In this document: positions 1-8,401 of the stretch, in pieces | Position numbering within the stretch: position 1 is the first letter of the stretch | Layout: the number at the start of each line of letters is the position of its first letter | Position numbers and translations under genes: made by a program | Notes under the pieces: model-generated | Seen by the model: only the letters and a program-made list of their open reading frames with translations | The model's database searches: none | What the model was told of the DNA's origin: nothing | From: an uncultured cyanobacterium | GTDB taxonomy: Bacteria; Cyanobacteriota; Cyanobacteriia; CAKZMO01 | Reading direction: 5' to 3' | DNA length: 64,000 nt | Assembly: GCA_963719515.1 (NCBI GenBank) | Contig: CAVRCJ010000008.1 | Location: 64,001-128,000 of the forward strand

Positions 1-3000
1 TCAAAATTCTTAAAGAGCGGCCGGTTCGAGTCGATCAGCGGCTAGAGTCCCTATTTCTACAGGTTTTTGACGCGCTCAAGGCGCTAATTGAGCAGCTGCA
101 AAGCCCCTTCGGTCTAACTGACCAAAGCGCCAATAGTATCGTACAGGCGGTAACGCCGGTGGTCGAGGAGCTGCAGGTCCACTTCAACCAGCTGCTGCGC
201 TCTGATGAATCGCCATCGGTGATGGAGGGCGGGATCTCCTCAGACGTCTCGGCCCTTTCTGAAGGAGAGCTTTCCCCAATAGCCCGGCGGTTTTTCCAGG
301 CTGACGTCCCGGAACACTTGCGGCACATGCTGCAGCTTTTCAAGCAGCCTGATAGTTCTGAAGGCCGCTACCGGCTCGATCAGTGCTGTCAGCAACTGCT
401 CACCCCCAGTCGTGCCGTTGACCTACCGGCGCAGTGGCATCAGCTTGTGACCTACGTCCAGCGGGCGATCGCCTACCCCACAAATTCGTATCGCCAGCTC
501 GCGCCCATCATTATTAAGAACCTCAAGCGTGCACAAGAAAACGCCGTTGCGGGACGGGCCTACGCCATAGACGTTAGCGATGACCTGCAGGCCTTACTGC
601 CAGCAACGCAGGATCCGTCAACTCAAGGCAGCGAGCTAGATCTGCTGCTCGCAGGCGCAGCCTTTTCCGGCGATTCACCTGGGGATAGCGCTGATGACAT
701 GGCTGCCTTTGATGACGAGGCGATCGCCGCTGGGGATGGCGATGCTGAGACGGGTGCTATCGATGAGGCCGCGCTGGACGACTTAGACCTTTTCTCTGAC
801 CCCGACGCAAATCTTGCCGATGTTGATATTGCTGATATAGATGGCTTGGCGGATTTGTTTGAGGCGGAGCTACTAGAGCCAGGGCTGTCAGAGCCTGAGC
901 TACCAGAGCCAGAACCTTCCGAGTTAGAGCTACCAGAGCTAGAGCTTTCCGAGCCAGAGCAGCCAGAGCCAGAGTTACCAGAGCTAGAGCTTTCCCTAGA
1001 TTCGGAGAGCAGCGACGACCTGGATATCCTGTTTGGAGTAGGTGACTTCGGTGACAGCGACGCAGAGGCTGCTGTAGAGCCCGACACGCAAGACCCTATT
1101 GCGGACGCTTTTGATGCTGAAGGTGACGTTACCGATGGGGACGACCTCTCAACGTTGCTGGCTATGGATAGTGAACCTGAAGCTGAGCGTCTAGTCTCGG
1201 CCCTTTCGGATACGGTCGACAGCGATTTGGACGAGCTATTTGGCGATTTGCTAGGGGGTGACGATTTAGAGAGTGAGAATCTGGCAAACGAGAATCTGGC
1301 AAACGAGAGTCTGGAGAGCGAGAACCCGGAGGGCGAGAATCTGGGGAGCGAGACCTTTGAGAGGGATTTGCTAGAGAGCGACGATCTGTCAAACGAGACC
1401 TTGGAGAGCGAGAATTCAGAGGGCTATATAGAGGCTACGACAGAGGCTCAAACTCAGGAGGCTCAAACTCAGGAGGCTCAAACTCAGGAGGCTCAAACTC
1501 AGGCAGCCGAGAGTGATGTTGTGCCTGAGACCGACGTCACTGAGTTGGGCGCAATAGAGGATGACGCCGAATTAGACCTTAGCTTGTTCGACTCAGTTAG
1601 CCCTGACGAGGCTCCTCCAGAACAGCCCTCTCTGGCGCTAGATGACCTCTTTGCTGACTTTGCTGAGCCGTCTGAGGCAGCGCTAGAGCTAGAACCAGAA
1701 TTTGATACAGAATCAGAGCTTGATACAGAACCAGACTCTGATATAGATACCGACCTAGACCTTCTCGCAGTTGCTCCTGACGACCAACCCCCAGCGCAGA
1801 TAGTGGAGGACGATTTTGACCTGGGTTTGGAGCTAGAGGCTCAAGCCGCTCCCTCCGCCTCGCTAGAGGATTCTGCATCCTTGGAATCAGACGAATTTTC
1901 TGCTCTTTTCGAGTCTACCCCGGAGCCCTCCGCTAGCCTTTTCGATGAACAGCCCGATGCGCCTGTTGCCGAGGGCGACAGCGGCTTAGACGGGTTCTCC
2001 TCACTGGAGCCAGAGACCGGTGATGCTGAGGCTTCCGGCGATATTGAGTTCTCTAACGACACTAGCGCTGCCGACGCTTCTGTCCCCGATGACGCACTGG
2101 ATTTTAGTCTAGACGCGATCGCTGACCTAGAGGCTACCGCCGTAGAGGTGGACGCTAGCCCTGAGGAGGCGCTAGGCTTTGATATCTCCACGGTCGATGT
2201 CACAGAGGATGTCTGGGAGAGCGAAGACAACGAGCCGGAGTGGATGGAGGCGATCGGGTCTGACGCTGAGGGCGAGAATCCCTTTGAGGTCTCGGCCACC
2301 GGCCTTGAGGAGGAGGGCCTCACTGAGTCAGCGGAGAGCGGACTCGACGAGCTATTTGAGGGCCTACCGCTACTTGATATCCTGTCTGACTCGCCGCTGG
2401 ACATTGTTGAAGCGCAAGAGCCTGCCCTCGGCGAGACTGACGCCATGGCAGACGGTAGCGATGCTTCCTCAGAAGATGCCACACCGCTAGAGGCCACATC
2501 ACTTCAGTTTGAGGGGGAGGAGATATTTGAAGGCGATGCACCCGGAGAAAACGCGCCTCTTGAGGAGAGCGTCCCCCCTGAAGAGAGCGATATCGATGCC
2601 AATCAGTTCGATGCGCTGTTTACCGATTTTCCCGGCGTCGCCCAGCCGGACAGTGCAGCGGCGGAAGATCCCTTCAGCCTGGATGACCTAATGACAGCCG
2701 AGGCAGAGCTGGCCCCCGACGACTCTGCCGTTGAAGATGACCAGGCTTCGGAGCGCCTTGATGATTGGGCTGTAGGCTCCTCTGACGCGGCGCTATCCGA
2801 GCCGCAGGAAGAGGTGGAGTTGTCCGAGCCCGAGCCATCGCCCGACGAGTTCGACGACCTGCTCAGCATTGGTAGTTCAGACTCCACTGACGGGGCTGAG
2901 GCGGATTTAGCCGATGATGCTGGTCTAGGAAATAGCCCGCAGAATAGGTCTGGGGAACAGCGGTATCGTACCGAAGACGTCGCCGATGACTTCTCAGATT

Positions 3001-5315
3001 TGGACGCCCTATTGGGAGACCCCGATGCCGATGTTCAGGCGGACCTGTCGGTCATAGACTCGGCGGAGTATAACGATTCGGCTGCAGCTGACTTAGCTTC
3101 AGGCGACTCGTCCGAGCCCTACGATCTTGCAGAATCTGACTTAGAGTACATAGACCAGTCGCTCGGCGGAACAGAGCAAATTGAGGCGGCTATTCAGGAG
3201 CTAGAGGGACGGGGAGAATCCGATCTATCTTTAGACCCGCTAGAGGACAACGCCCAAAGCGCCGATGACTTTGCTGATCTAGAGAAGCTGCTGGAGCAGG
3301 CCGATGAGACCTTGGGCGGTACCCCAATGCCCTCCACAGCCCTGCGGCTGGCTTCACCGGGTCGCCGCGCTGCTCGTCGCCCCGCCTTGGGAAACCAGAC
3401 CATGCGGGTCGCCGTCAAAAATCTGGACAACTTGAACAACCTGGTTGGAGAGCTGGTGGTCAACCGTAACAGCCTAGAGCAGTCTCAAGATCGGTTGCGG
3501 CAATTTCTGGATAATCTCATGTCCCAGGTGCAGCAGCTGGGGGATTTGGGCCAGCGGATCCGCGATCTCTACGAGCGATCGCTGCTGGAAAGCTCCCTGC
3601 GGTCGAGTCGCCCGCAGCAGACCGTTTCTTTTGTCTCTGACGACCAGCAACACGTCACCGGGGCGCGGTTTGACGCGCTTGAGATGGACCGCTTTACAGG
3701 CTTTCACAGCTTGTCTCAGGAGATCATTGAGCTGATTGTGCGCGTCCGGGAAGCCGCCTCTGATATTGACTTCGTCGTCGATGAGAGCGACCAGGGTACG
3801 CGGATGCTCAGGCAGATCACCACACAGCTGCAGGAGGGCATCAACCACACCCGCATGGTGCCTTTCGCGCAAGCCGCCGATCGCCTTCCTCGAGCCGTGC
3901 GCGACATCTCGGTCAAGTTCAACAAGCAGGCTGAGCTAGTGGTTGAAGGGCGAGATACCCTAGTGGACAAAATGATCCTAGAGCAGCTCTACGATCCCAT
4001 GACCCATCTGGTGAATAACGCCATCACCCACGGCATTGAGCAACCCGAAGCGCGAGTAGCGGCGGGTAAGCCGTCCGTAGGCAAGATCACGGTGCGCGCG
4101 TTTCACCAGGGCAACCAAACCATCATCTCGGTCACGGACGATGGCGCTGGCATTGATGCCCATGAGGTGAAGCAAAAGGCGCTACAGCGCGGGCTGATCT
4201 CGCCGCAGGAAGCCGAAACGATGACCCAGCTGGACACCTACGATCTCTTGTTTCACCATGGGTTTAGCACCAGGGACCAGGCGGATGACTTTGCGGGGCG
4301 GGGCGTAGGGATGGACGTGGTGCGCACTAGCCTCAGCGAAGTGCGCGGCACCGTCAACATCGATTCTACGGTGGGACGGGGGACCACGTTCACGATTCGT
4401 CTGCCGCTTACCCTCAGCATTTCCAAAGCGCTGCTGTGCGTGAGCGATCGCTCACGTATAGCCTTCCCCATGGATGGGGTCGAGGACATGTTCGACATCC
4501 CCCAAGACCGGGTACAGAGAAACAGCGCCGGGCAGACCTGCATTCCCTGGCGCGAGACTCTGCTCCCGTTCCGGCCCCTGTCCAATCTGCTGAAGTTTAA
4601 CCGCACCATTGGTCGCGGTAGCGTCTATGGCGGCAGTCAGGACGACGACATGATTTCTATTGTGGTGCTCCGCAGTACTGGCAACTACTTAGCGCTGCAG
4701 GTGGATCAGGTACTGGAAGAGCGGGAGATCGTCATTAAGCAGCTAGAGCCCCCCGTGCCCAAGCCTGCCGGGATCGCGGGAGCGACGGTGCTGGGGGATG
4801 GTCGGGTAATGCCTATCACCGATGTCCTCGAGCTAGTCGATCTCTCCCTAGGGCGATCGCGCCGGGAGCTATCGCGGGAGGAGGAGCCCCCTGTCGAAGA
4901 ACCGCCCACTGAAGAACGCGAGCCTACCGTCCTGATTGTGGACGACTCGATCACGGTGAGAGAGCTGCTGTCGATGACCTTTGCCAAGGTGGGGTATCGG
5001 GTAGAGCAGGCTAGAGATGGTCAGGAGGCTTGGGAGAAGCTCAAGTCAGGCTTACCCTGTGATCTGGTATTCTGCGACATTGAGATGCCGCGTATGGATG
5101 GCCTAGAGCTGCTGTCGCGCCTGCAGCGAGACCCCGATCTAAAGGCGCTGCCGGTAGCAATGCTGACGTCGCGAGGAGCCGATCGCCACCGACAAATGGC
5201 GGTGGAGCTGGGGGCCAAGGGATACTTCACAAAGCCCTACTTAGAGGAGGCTCTGCTGGAGGCGGCTCACCGGATGCTGACGGGAGAGGCGTTGGTCGCT
5301 AAGTCAAAATCGTAG
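1..5315 (+). CDS. CheA-like hybrid histidine kinase/response regulator (PilL/PixL type), 5' end outside the window
   Basis: The frame is open from the window edge (KILKERPVRVDQRLESLFLQVFDAL..., probable Hpt tail). It continues through a long acidic linker, then MRVAVKNLDNLNNLVGELVVNRN, HATPase motifs (HLVNNAITHGIE, DDGAGID, GFSTRDQADDFAGRGVGMDVV), a CheW-like domain and a C-terminal receiver (LIVDDS, FCDIEMPRMDG, TKP). Confidence 0.93.
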   Translation, partial: KILKERPVRVDQRLESLFLQVFDALKALIEQLQSPFGLTDQSANSIVQAVTPVVEELQVHFNQLLRSDESPSVMEGGISSDVSALSEGELSPIARRFFQADVPEHLRHMLQLFKQPDSSEGRYRLDQCCQQLLTPSRAVDLPAQWHQLVTYVQRAIAYPTNSYRQLAPIIIKNLKRAQENAVAGRAYAIDVSDDLQALLPATQDPSTQGSELDLLLAGAAFSGDSPGDSADDMAAFDDEAIAAGDGDAETGAIDEAALDDLDLFSDPDANLADVDIADIDGLADLFEAELLEPGLSEPELPEPEPSELELPELELSEPEQPEPELPELELSLDSESSDDLDILFGVGDFGDSDAEAAVEPDTQDPIADAFDAEGDVTDGDDLSTLLAMDSEPEAERLVSALSDTVDSDLDELFGDLLGGDDLESENLANENLANESLESENPEGENLGSETFERDLLESDDLSNETLESENSEGYIEATTEAQTQEAQTQEAQTQEAQTQAAESDVVPETDVTELGAIEDDAELDLSLFDSVSPDEAPPEQPSLALDDLFADFAEPSEAALELEPEFDTESELDTEPDSDIDTDLDLLAVAPDDQPPAQIVEDDFDLGLELEAQAAPSASLEDSASLESDEFSALFESTPEPSASLFDEQPDAPVAEGDSGLDGFSSLEPETGDAEASGDIEFSNDTSAADASVPDDALDFSLDAIADLEATAVEVDASPEEALGFDISTVDVTEDVWESEDNEPEWMEAIGSDAEGENPFEVSATGLEEEGLTESAESGLDELFEGLPLLDILSDSPLDIVEAQEPALGETDAMADGSDASSEDATPLEATSLQFEGEEIFEGDAPGENAPLEESVPPEESDIDANQFDALFTDFPGVAQPDSAAAEDPFSLDDLMTAEAELAPDDSAVEDDQASERLDDWAVGSSDAALSEPQEEVELSEPEPSPDEFDDLLSIGSSDSTDGAEADLADDAGLGNSPQNRSGEQRYRTEDVADDFSDLDALLGDPDADVQADLSVIDSAEYNDSAAADLASGDSSEPYDLAESDLEYIDQSLGGTEQIEAAIQELEGRGESDLSLDPLEDNAQSADDFADLEKLLEQADETLGGTPMPSTALRLASPGRRAARRPALGNQTMRVAVKNLDNLNNLVGELVVNRNSLEQSQDRLRQFLDNLMSQVQQLGDLGQRIRDLYERSLLESSLRSSRPQQTVSFVSDDQQHVTGARFDALEMDRFTGFHSLSQEIIELIVRVREAASDIDFVVDESDQGTRMLRQITTQLQEGINHTRMVPFAQAADRLPRAVRDISVKFNKQAELVVEGRDTLVDKMILEQLYDPMTHLVNNAITHGIEQPEARVAAGKPSVGKITVRAFHQGNQTIISVTDDGAGIDAHEVKQKALQRGLISPQEAETMTQLDTYDLLFHHGFSTRDQADDFAGRGVGMDVVRTSLSEVRGTVNIDSTVGRGTTFTIRLPLTLSISKALLCVSDRSRIAFPMDGVEDMFDIPQDRVQRNSAGQTCIPWRETLLPFRPLSNLLKFNRTIGRGSVYGGSQDDDMISIVVLRSTGNYLALQVDQVLEEREIVIKQLEPPVPKPAGIAGATVLGDGRVMPITDVLELVDLSLGRSRRELSREEEPPVEEPPTEEREPTVLIVDDSITVRELLSMTFAKVGYRVEQARDGQEAWEKLKSGLPCDLVFCDIEMPRMDGLELLSRLQRDPDLKALPVAMLTSRGADRHRQMAVELGAKGYFTKPYLEEALLEAAHRMLTGEALVAKSKS

Positions 5316-5328
5316 CGATCCGTTTTCT

Positions 5329-5952
5329 GTGTCACTGGTCTTTGCAGCTCGAAATCCTGCCGTGCAAAACCCTGTCCTGCTTATCCATGGCCTCGACGAC
5401 ACGTCCGCCAAATTCTACCGGCTTGGGTCTTATTTGCGCGATCGCGGCTGGTCAGTCCACAGCTTAGATTTGTACCCTAGCAATGGTTCTGTCGGCATCG
5501 ACGTTTTGGCTCATCAAGTGAGCCGATATGTCGACGAGAATTTTAGCGTCGAGCAGCCTATTGACGTTGTGGGCTATAGCATGGGCGGTCTTATAGGGCG
5601 CTACTACCTGCAGCAGCTGGGCGCAGTCCAGCGGGTGCGGCGACTTGTGACTGTCGCTTCCCCCCACCACGGCACCCTCACAGCCTATCTACGACCTAAC
5701 GTTGGCGCTTCTCAGATGAGACCGGGCAGCCCCTTTTTGGCTGCGCTCAACGAAACGGTAGCGCGGCTCAATGGTATCTGCGTCACCTCTATCTGGACCC
5801 CGCTGGACCTGATGATCGTCCCGGCCAGCAGCAGCCAGCTGCCGGTAGGCCACCAGGTGCAGGTTCCCGTGGCGCTGCACCACTGGATGGTGGAAGACCC
5901 CCTAGCGCTGTCGGCGATCGCCGCTGCCCTGCGCAGACCCGTAGACCCGTAG
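5329..5952 (+). CDS. alpha/beta hydrolase, lipase/esterase family
   Basis: LLIHGL oxyanion motif, GYSMGG nucleophile elbow, SPHHGT, DLMIVP and a C-terminal His. The start may instead be GTG near 5362. Confidence 0.88.
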   Translation: MSLVFAARNPAVQNPVLLIHGLDDTSAKFYRLGSYLRDRGWSVHSLDLYPSNGSVGIDVLAHQVSRYVDENFSVEQPIDVVGYSMGGLIGRYYLQQLGAVQRVRRLVTVASPHHGTLTAYLRPNVGASQMRPGSPFLAALNETVARLNGICVTSIWTPLDLMIVPASSSQLPVGHQVQVPVALHHWMVEDPLALSAIAAALRRPVDP

Positions 5953-5979
5953 ACCCGTAGAGAGAGAAAGGAGGACGGG

Positions 5980-6405
5980 TTAAGTTTCCCCAACTTGCTT
6001 ATGGTCAACCGCGCCAAAAATCACTTCAGCATTGCGGTAGTACTTAAACTCCATCAGGTTGTGGAACGGGTCAGCCAGGAAAAACGTGCGGTGTTCCAGC
6101 AAGGAACCTTCAAAGCGGCGCTTGGGGCTGACGTGAAAGCCGATATTGTTGCCATAGAGCCGCTGCAGAAAGGTGTCGAACTCACTCTCTTCGGGAAAGA
6201 CTAGCCCAAAATGCCGAGGATAGATTCCGGCCTGGGGTTCGATGGGCTCGGACGTCAGGTGAGCCACGAGCTGGTGACCCTGAAGATTGAGAATGACGGA
6301 TTTATCGTTTTCACGTCCGGCGCTGCAGCCTAGCTTCTCGCAATAGAACTGCTTAGTCTGGGCAATGTCAGTGACGGGAAACGCAATGTGAAAGATCGGA
6401 CTCAT
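5980..6405 (-). CDS. VOC/glyoxalase family protein
   Basis: FHIAFPVTDIAQTKQFY, HQLVAH, PRHFGLVF, FFLADPFHNLMEFK. ATG at 6405 preferred over the longer ORF-track start. Confidence 0.88.
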   Translation of the reverse strand: MSPIFHIAFPVTDIAQTKQFYCEKLGCSAGRENDKSVILNLQGHQLVAHLTSEPIEPQAGIYPRHFGLVFPEESEFDTFLQRLYGNNIGFHVSPKRRFEGSLLEHRTFFLADPFHNLMEFKYYRNAEVIFGAVDHKQVGET

Positions 6406-6698
6406 TGTTGGTTTGCAAGCAGCAGCGGAGATGACAATTATTCTAATCTGCAGGAGAGCGTGACGCTGAACTGTGCGATTTGAACATTTCAAAAGAATAG
6501 CGCCAGGTTTACTTTGTTAAACAAAGCCAGCGAGGAACAAACGAGCGGACAGACGCGGTGAGGGAGAAACCCTTGTGTCATAGGGCGCTCAGCGAATGCA
6601 AAGCTACAGTATTTTCCTAGGTCTACCGCATTTTCCTCAGCAATTTAGAGGCGGTGCGATTTAAAATAAGGAAAAAATTATGAGCGGGCGCGAAAATG

Positions 6699-6728
6699 CT
6701 TGTTTTTTGCAGGAAGTTCTAATATAGT
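6699..6728 (+). promoter_or_regulatory. putative sigma70-type promoter upstream of the structured non-coding region
   Basis: TTGTTT at 6700-6705 and TATAGT at 6723-6728 with a 17-nt spacer, after an AT-rich stretch. Confidence 0.4.
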
Positions 6729-6729
6729 G

Positions 6730-7190
6730 AAGACATGCAGTCAGCAGTTGGATGTAGGGCCAAAGTCAATACAGGTTAGTCTTGTCGACTTTGAGCAGTC
6801 TGACAGCGGTTTTTGCCTTAAGTCTACGACCCAAATCTAGAGCGTTAACTCTAGGGTGTTAAGTAGACTTGCATATTGACTGAACTCTCGGCAGGCTACG
6901 GCCAAATCCGTTTGAGGCTCTCGGCCCAAGCGTTTAAACTGCCGAGCTTACAGGAGTTCACAGGGCAGAAGCCTGATAGCTGGCTCGACAGCATGATGCT
7001 TCGGGGCGGGCCTGATTTGTCCCCGCGCTTTGAGTTCAGTAAGGTCCGTCTTGGTCCGTCGCCGATCTGCTTCAGCCGCGCAAAGCTAACCTTTTTGCAA
7101 GTCGCTCTCGGGTGACTGAGCTTTAGGCTTGCCCTTAAATCTGATGAGAATCGGCAGGGCTTTGGCGGTTTTCTCAGCTGACTTGGTCTT
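6730..7190 (+). ncRNA. candidate long structured ncRNA or 5' leader, family unknown
   Basis: No credible ORF. Contains serial hairpins and end-to-end complementarity: AAGAC/AGTCAGC at 6730-6745 with GCTGACT/GTCTT at 7177-7190. Confidence 0.45.
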
Positions 7191-7408
7191 GCTCTCGACC
7201 TCGAAGACGCTCAGCGGTTTCGCCGCGCACTCGCCCTAGGTAGTGTCCCGCTGGCTGTCGCACTGGCCGATCGCATTTCACCTGTTTGCAGCAGCGTGTC
7301 TCAGCGCCGAGCGCACCGCTCAACCCATCTCCGCAGCTTGCCCACCGCTGCTGAGAATCACCAAGCCTCAAATTCCACCAACTAACGTTTCAGTTTCAAC
7401 GGTTGCCG

Positions 7409-7750
7409 ATGTCCCCAAAATCTCTCCTTCTCCCACTTTGCCTCTCTTTCTTCTGTCTATCTATCGCCCTTCTGACAGGCATTAGCCGTCTGTCGTTGGC
7501 AGAATTTTTGCCTTATCAAGACGCCGCTCAAGTCAGCTTTGCTCTAGAGCAGTCCTTCGCCCCTGCTGCGCTGCCGGTGGAAACGGTGCTGCTGGCCGTC
7601 AGCGATCGCCCGTCTGCTGAACTCGTTGCCCTACGGTCTCCCCATCAGCAGTGGGGCATCTGGAGCCGGGCGCTGCAGCGCACCCGGCAGCTTTTGTGGA
7701 TGCTGACCCGCCAAAGCCAGACCCTCCGCCAGGGTACGCAGCTTGCATAA
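7409..7750 (+). CDS. hypothetical protein with N-terminal hydrophobic/signal segment
   Basis: ORF of about 113 aa from ATG 7409, hydrophobic N-terminus, co-oriented with tsaC. No recognised domain. Confidence 0.4.
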   Translation: MSPKSLLLPLCLSFFCLSIALLTGISRLSLAEFLPYQDAAQVSFALEQSFAPAALPVETVLLAVSDRPSAELVALRSPHQQWGIWSRALQRTRQLLWMLTRQSQTLRQGTQLA

Positions 7751-7790
7751 TTGAGGGGTACGCCTTCTGAGTTAGCGAGATTGTTCATCA

Positions 7791-8393
7791 ATGGGTCAGG
7801 TGTCGCTTCAAAAACTGATTGACCAGGTGCAAGGCGGGGGCCGTTTGGTGAGCTTCCCCACCGACACCCTACCCGCGCTGGCGTCTCGCCCTGAAGATGC
7901 CGCCCTCGTTTTTAAGGCCAAGCAGCGCCCCGCCCACAAGCCGCTGATTTTGATGGCCGCTCGTGCCGAAGCGGTTTGGCCTTGGGCGATGGGCAGCGAG
8001 GCGGAGCTAGCGCTGTGGCAGGCCGCCGCTCGGCGATACTGGCCGGGGATGGTCACCCTAATCCTGCCGGTCGGCGATCGCGTGCCTAGAGCCATGCACC
8101 CAAGCGATCCCCATACCCTCGGATTTCGGATTCCCAACTGCGCGATCGCCCGCGAAATTTTATCCCAGACGGGGCCGCTGGCAACCACCAGCGTCAACAG
8201 GTCTGGTCAGCCGCCCTTAGAAAATCTAGATGAAATTAACCGCCAGTTCCCCGAAGTTTTGACCCTCGCTGCTGATGAACTCGAGCGCCGCGCCATAGGG
8301 TACACCGGGGGCGGGCAAGCATCGACCGTCGTCAAGTGGACGGGGCAAGGGTGGACCACTGTGCGCCAGGGCAGCGTTGCTTTTTCGGGCTAG
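7791..8393 (+). CDS. tsaC: L-threonylcarbamoyladenylate synthase (Sua5/YrdC family)
   Basis: FPTDT, KQRPAHKPL, WPGMVTLIL, GFRIP, GPLATTSVNRSG, ASTVV motifs. Confidence 0.9.
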   Translation: MGQVSLQKLIDQVQGGGRLVSFPTDTLPALASRPEDAALVFKAKQRPAHKPLILMAARAEAVWPWAMGSEAELALWQAAARRYWPGMVTLILPVGDRVPRAMHPSDPHTLGFRIPNCAIAREILSQTGPLATTSVNRSGQPPLENLDEINRQFPEVLTLAADELERRAIGYTGGGQASTVVKWTGQGWTTVRQGSVAFSG

Positions 8394-8401
8394 CGCAAAG
8401 C

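Noticed and set aside
623..2887. Ser-rich antisense ORFs opposite the CheA linker, and similar shadow ORFs opposite pilQ, the PKS and the LRR gene
   Set aside because: Expected by-products of biased codon usage on the coding strand; no independent motifs or RBS.
7141..7180. CTGATGAG as a hammerhead ribozyme core
   Set aside because: No GAAA follows the putative stem II, and I found no matching stems I/III with an NUH site.
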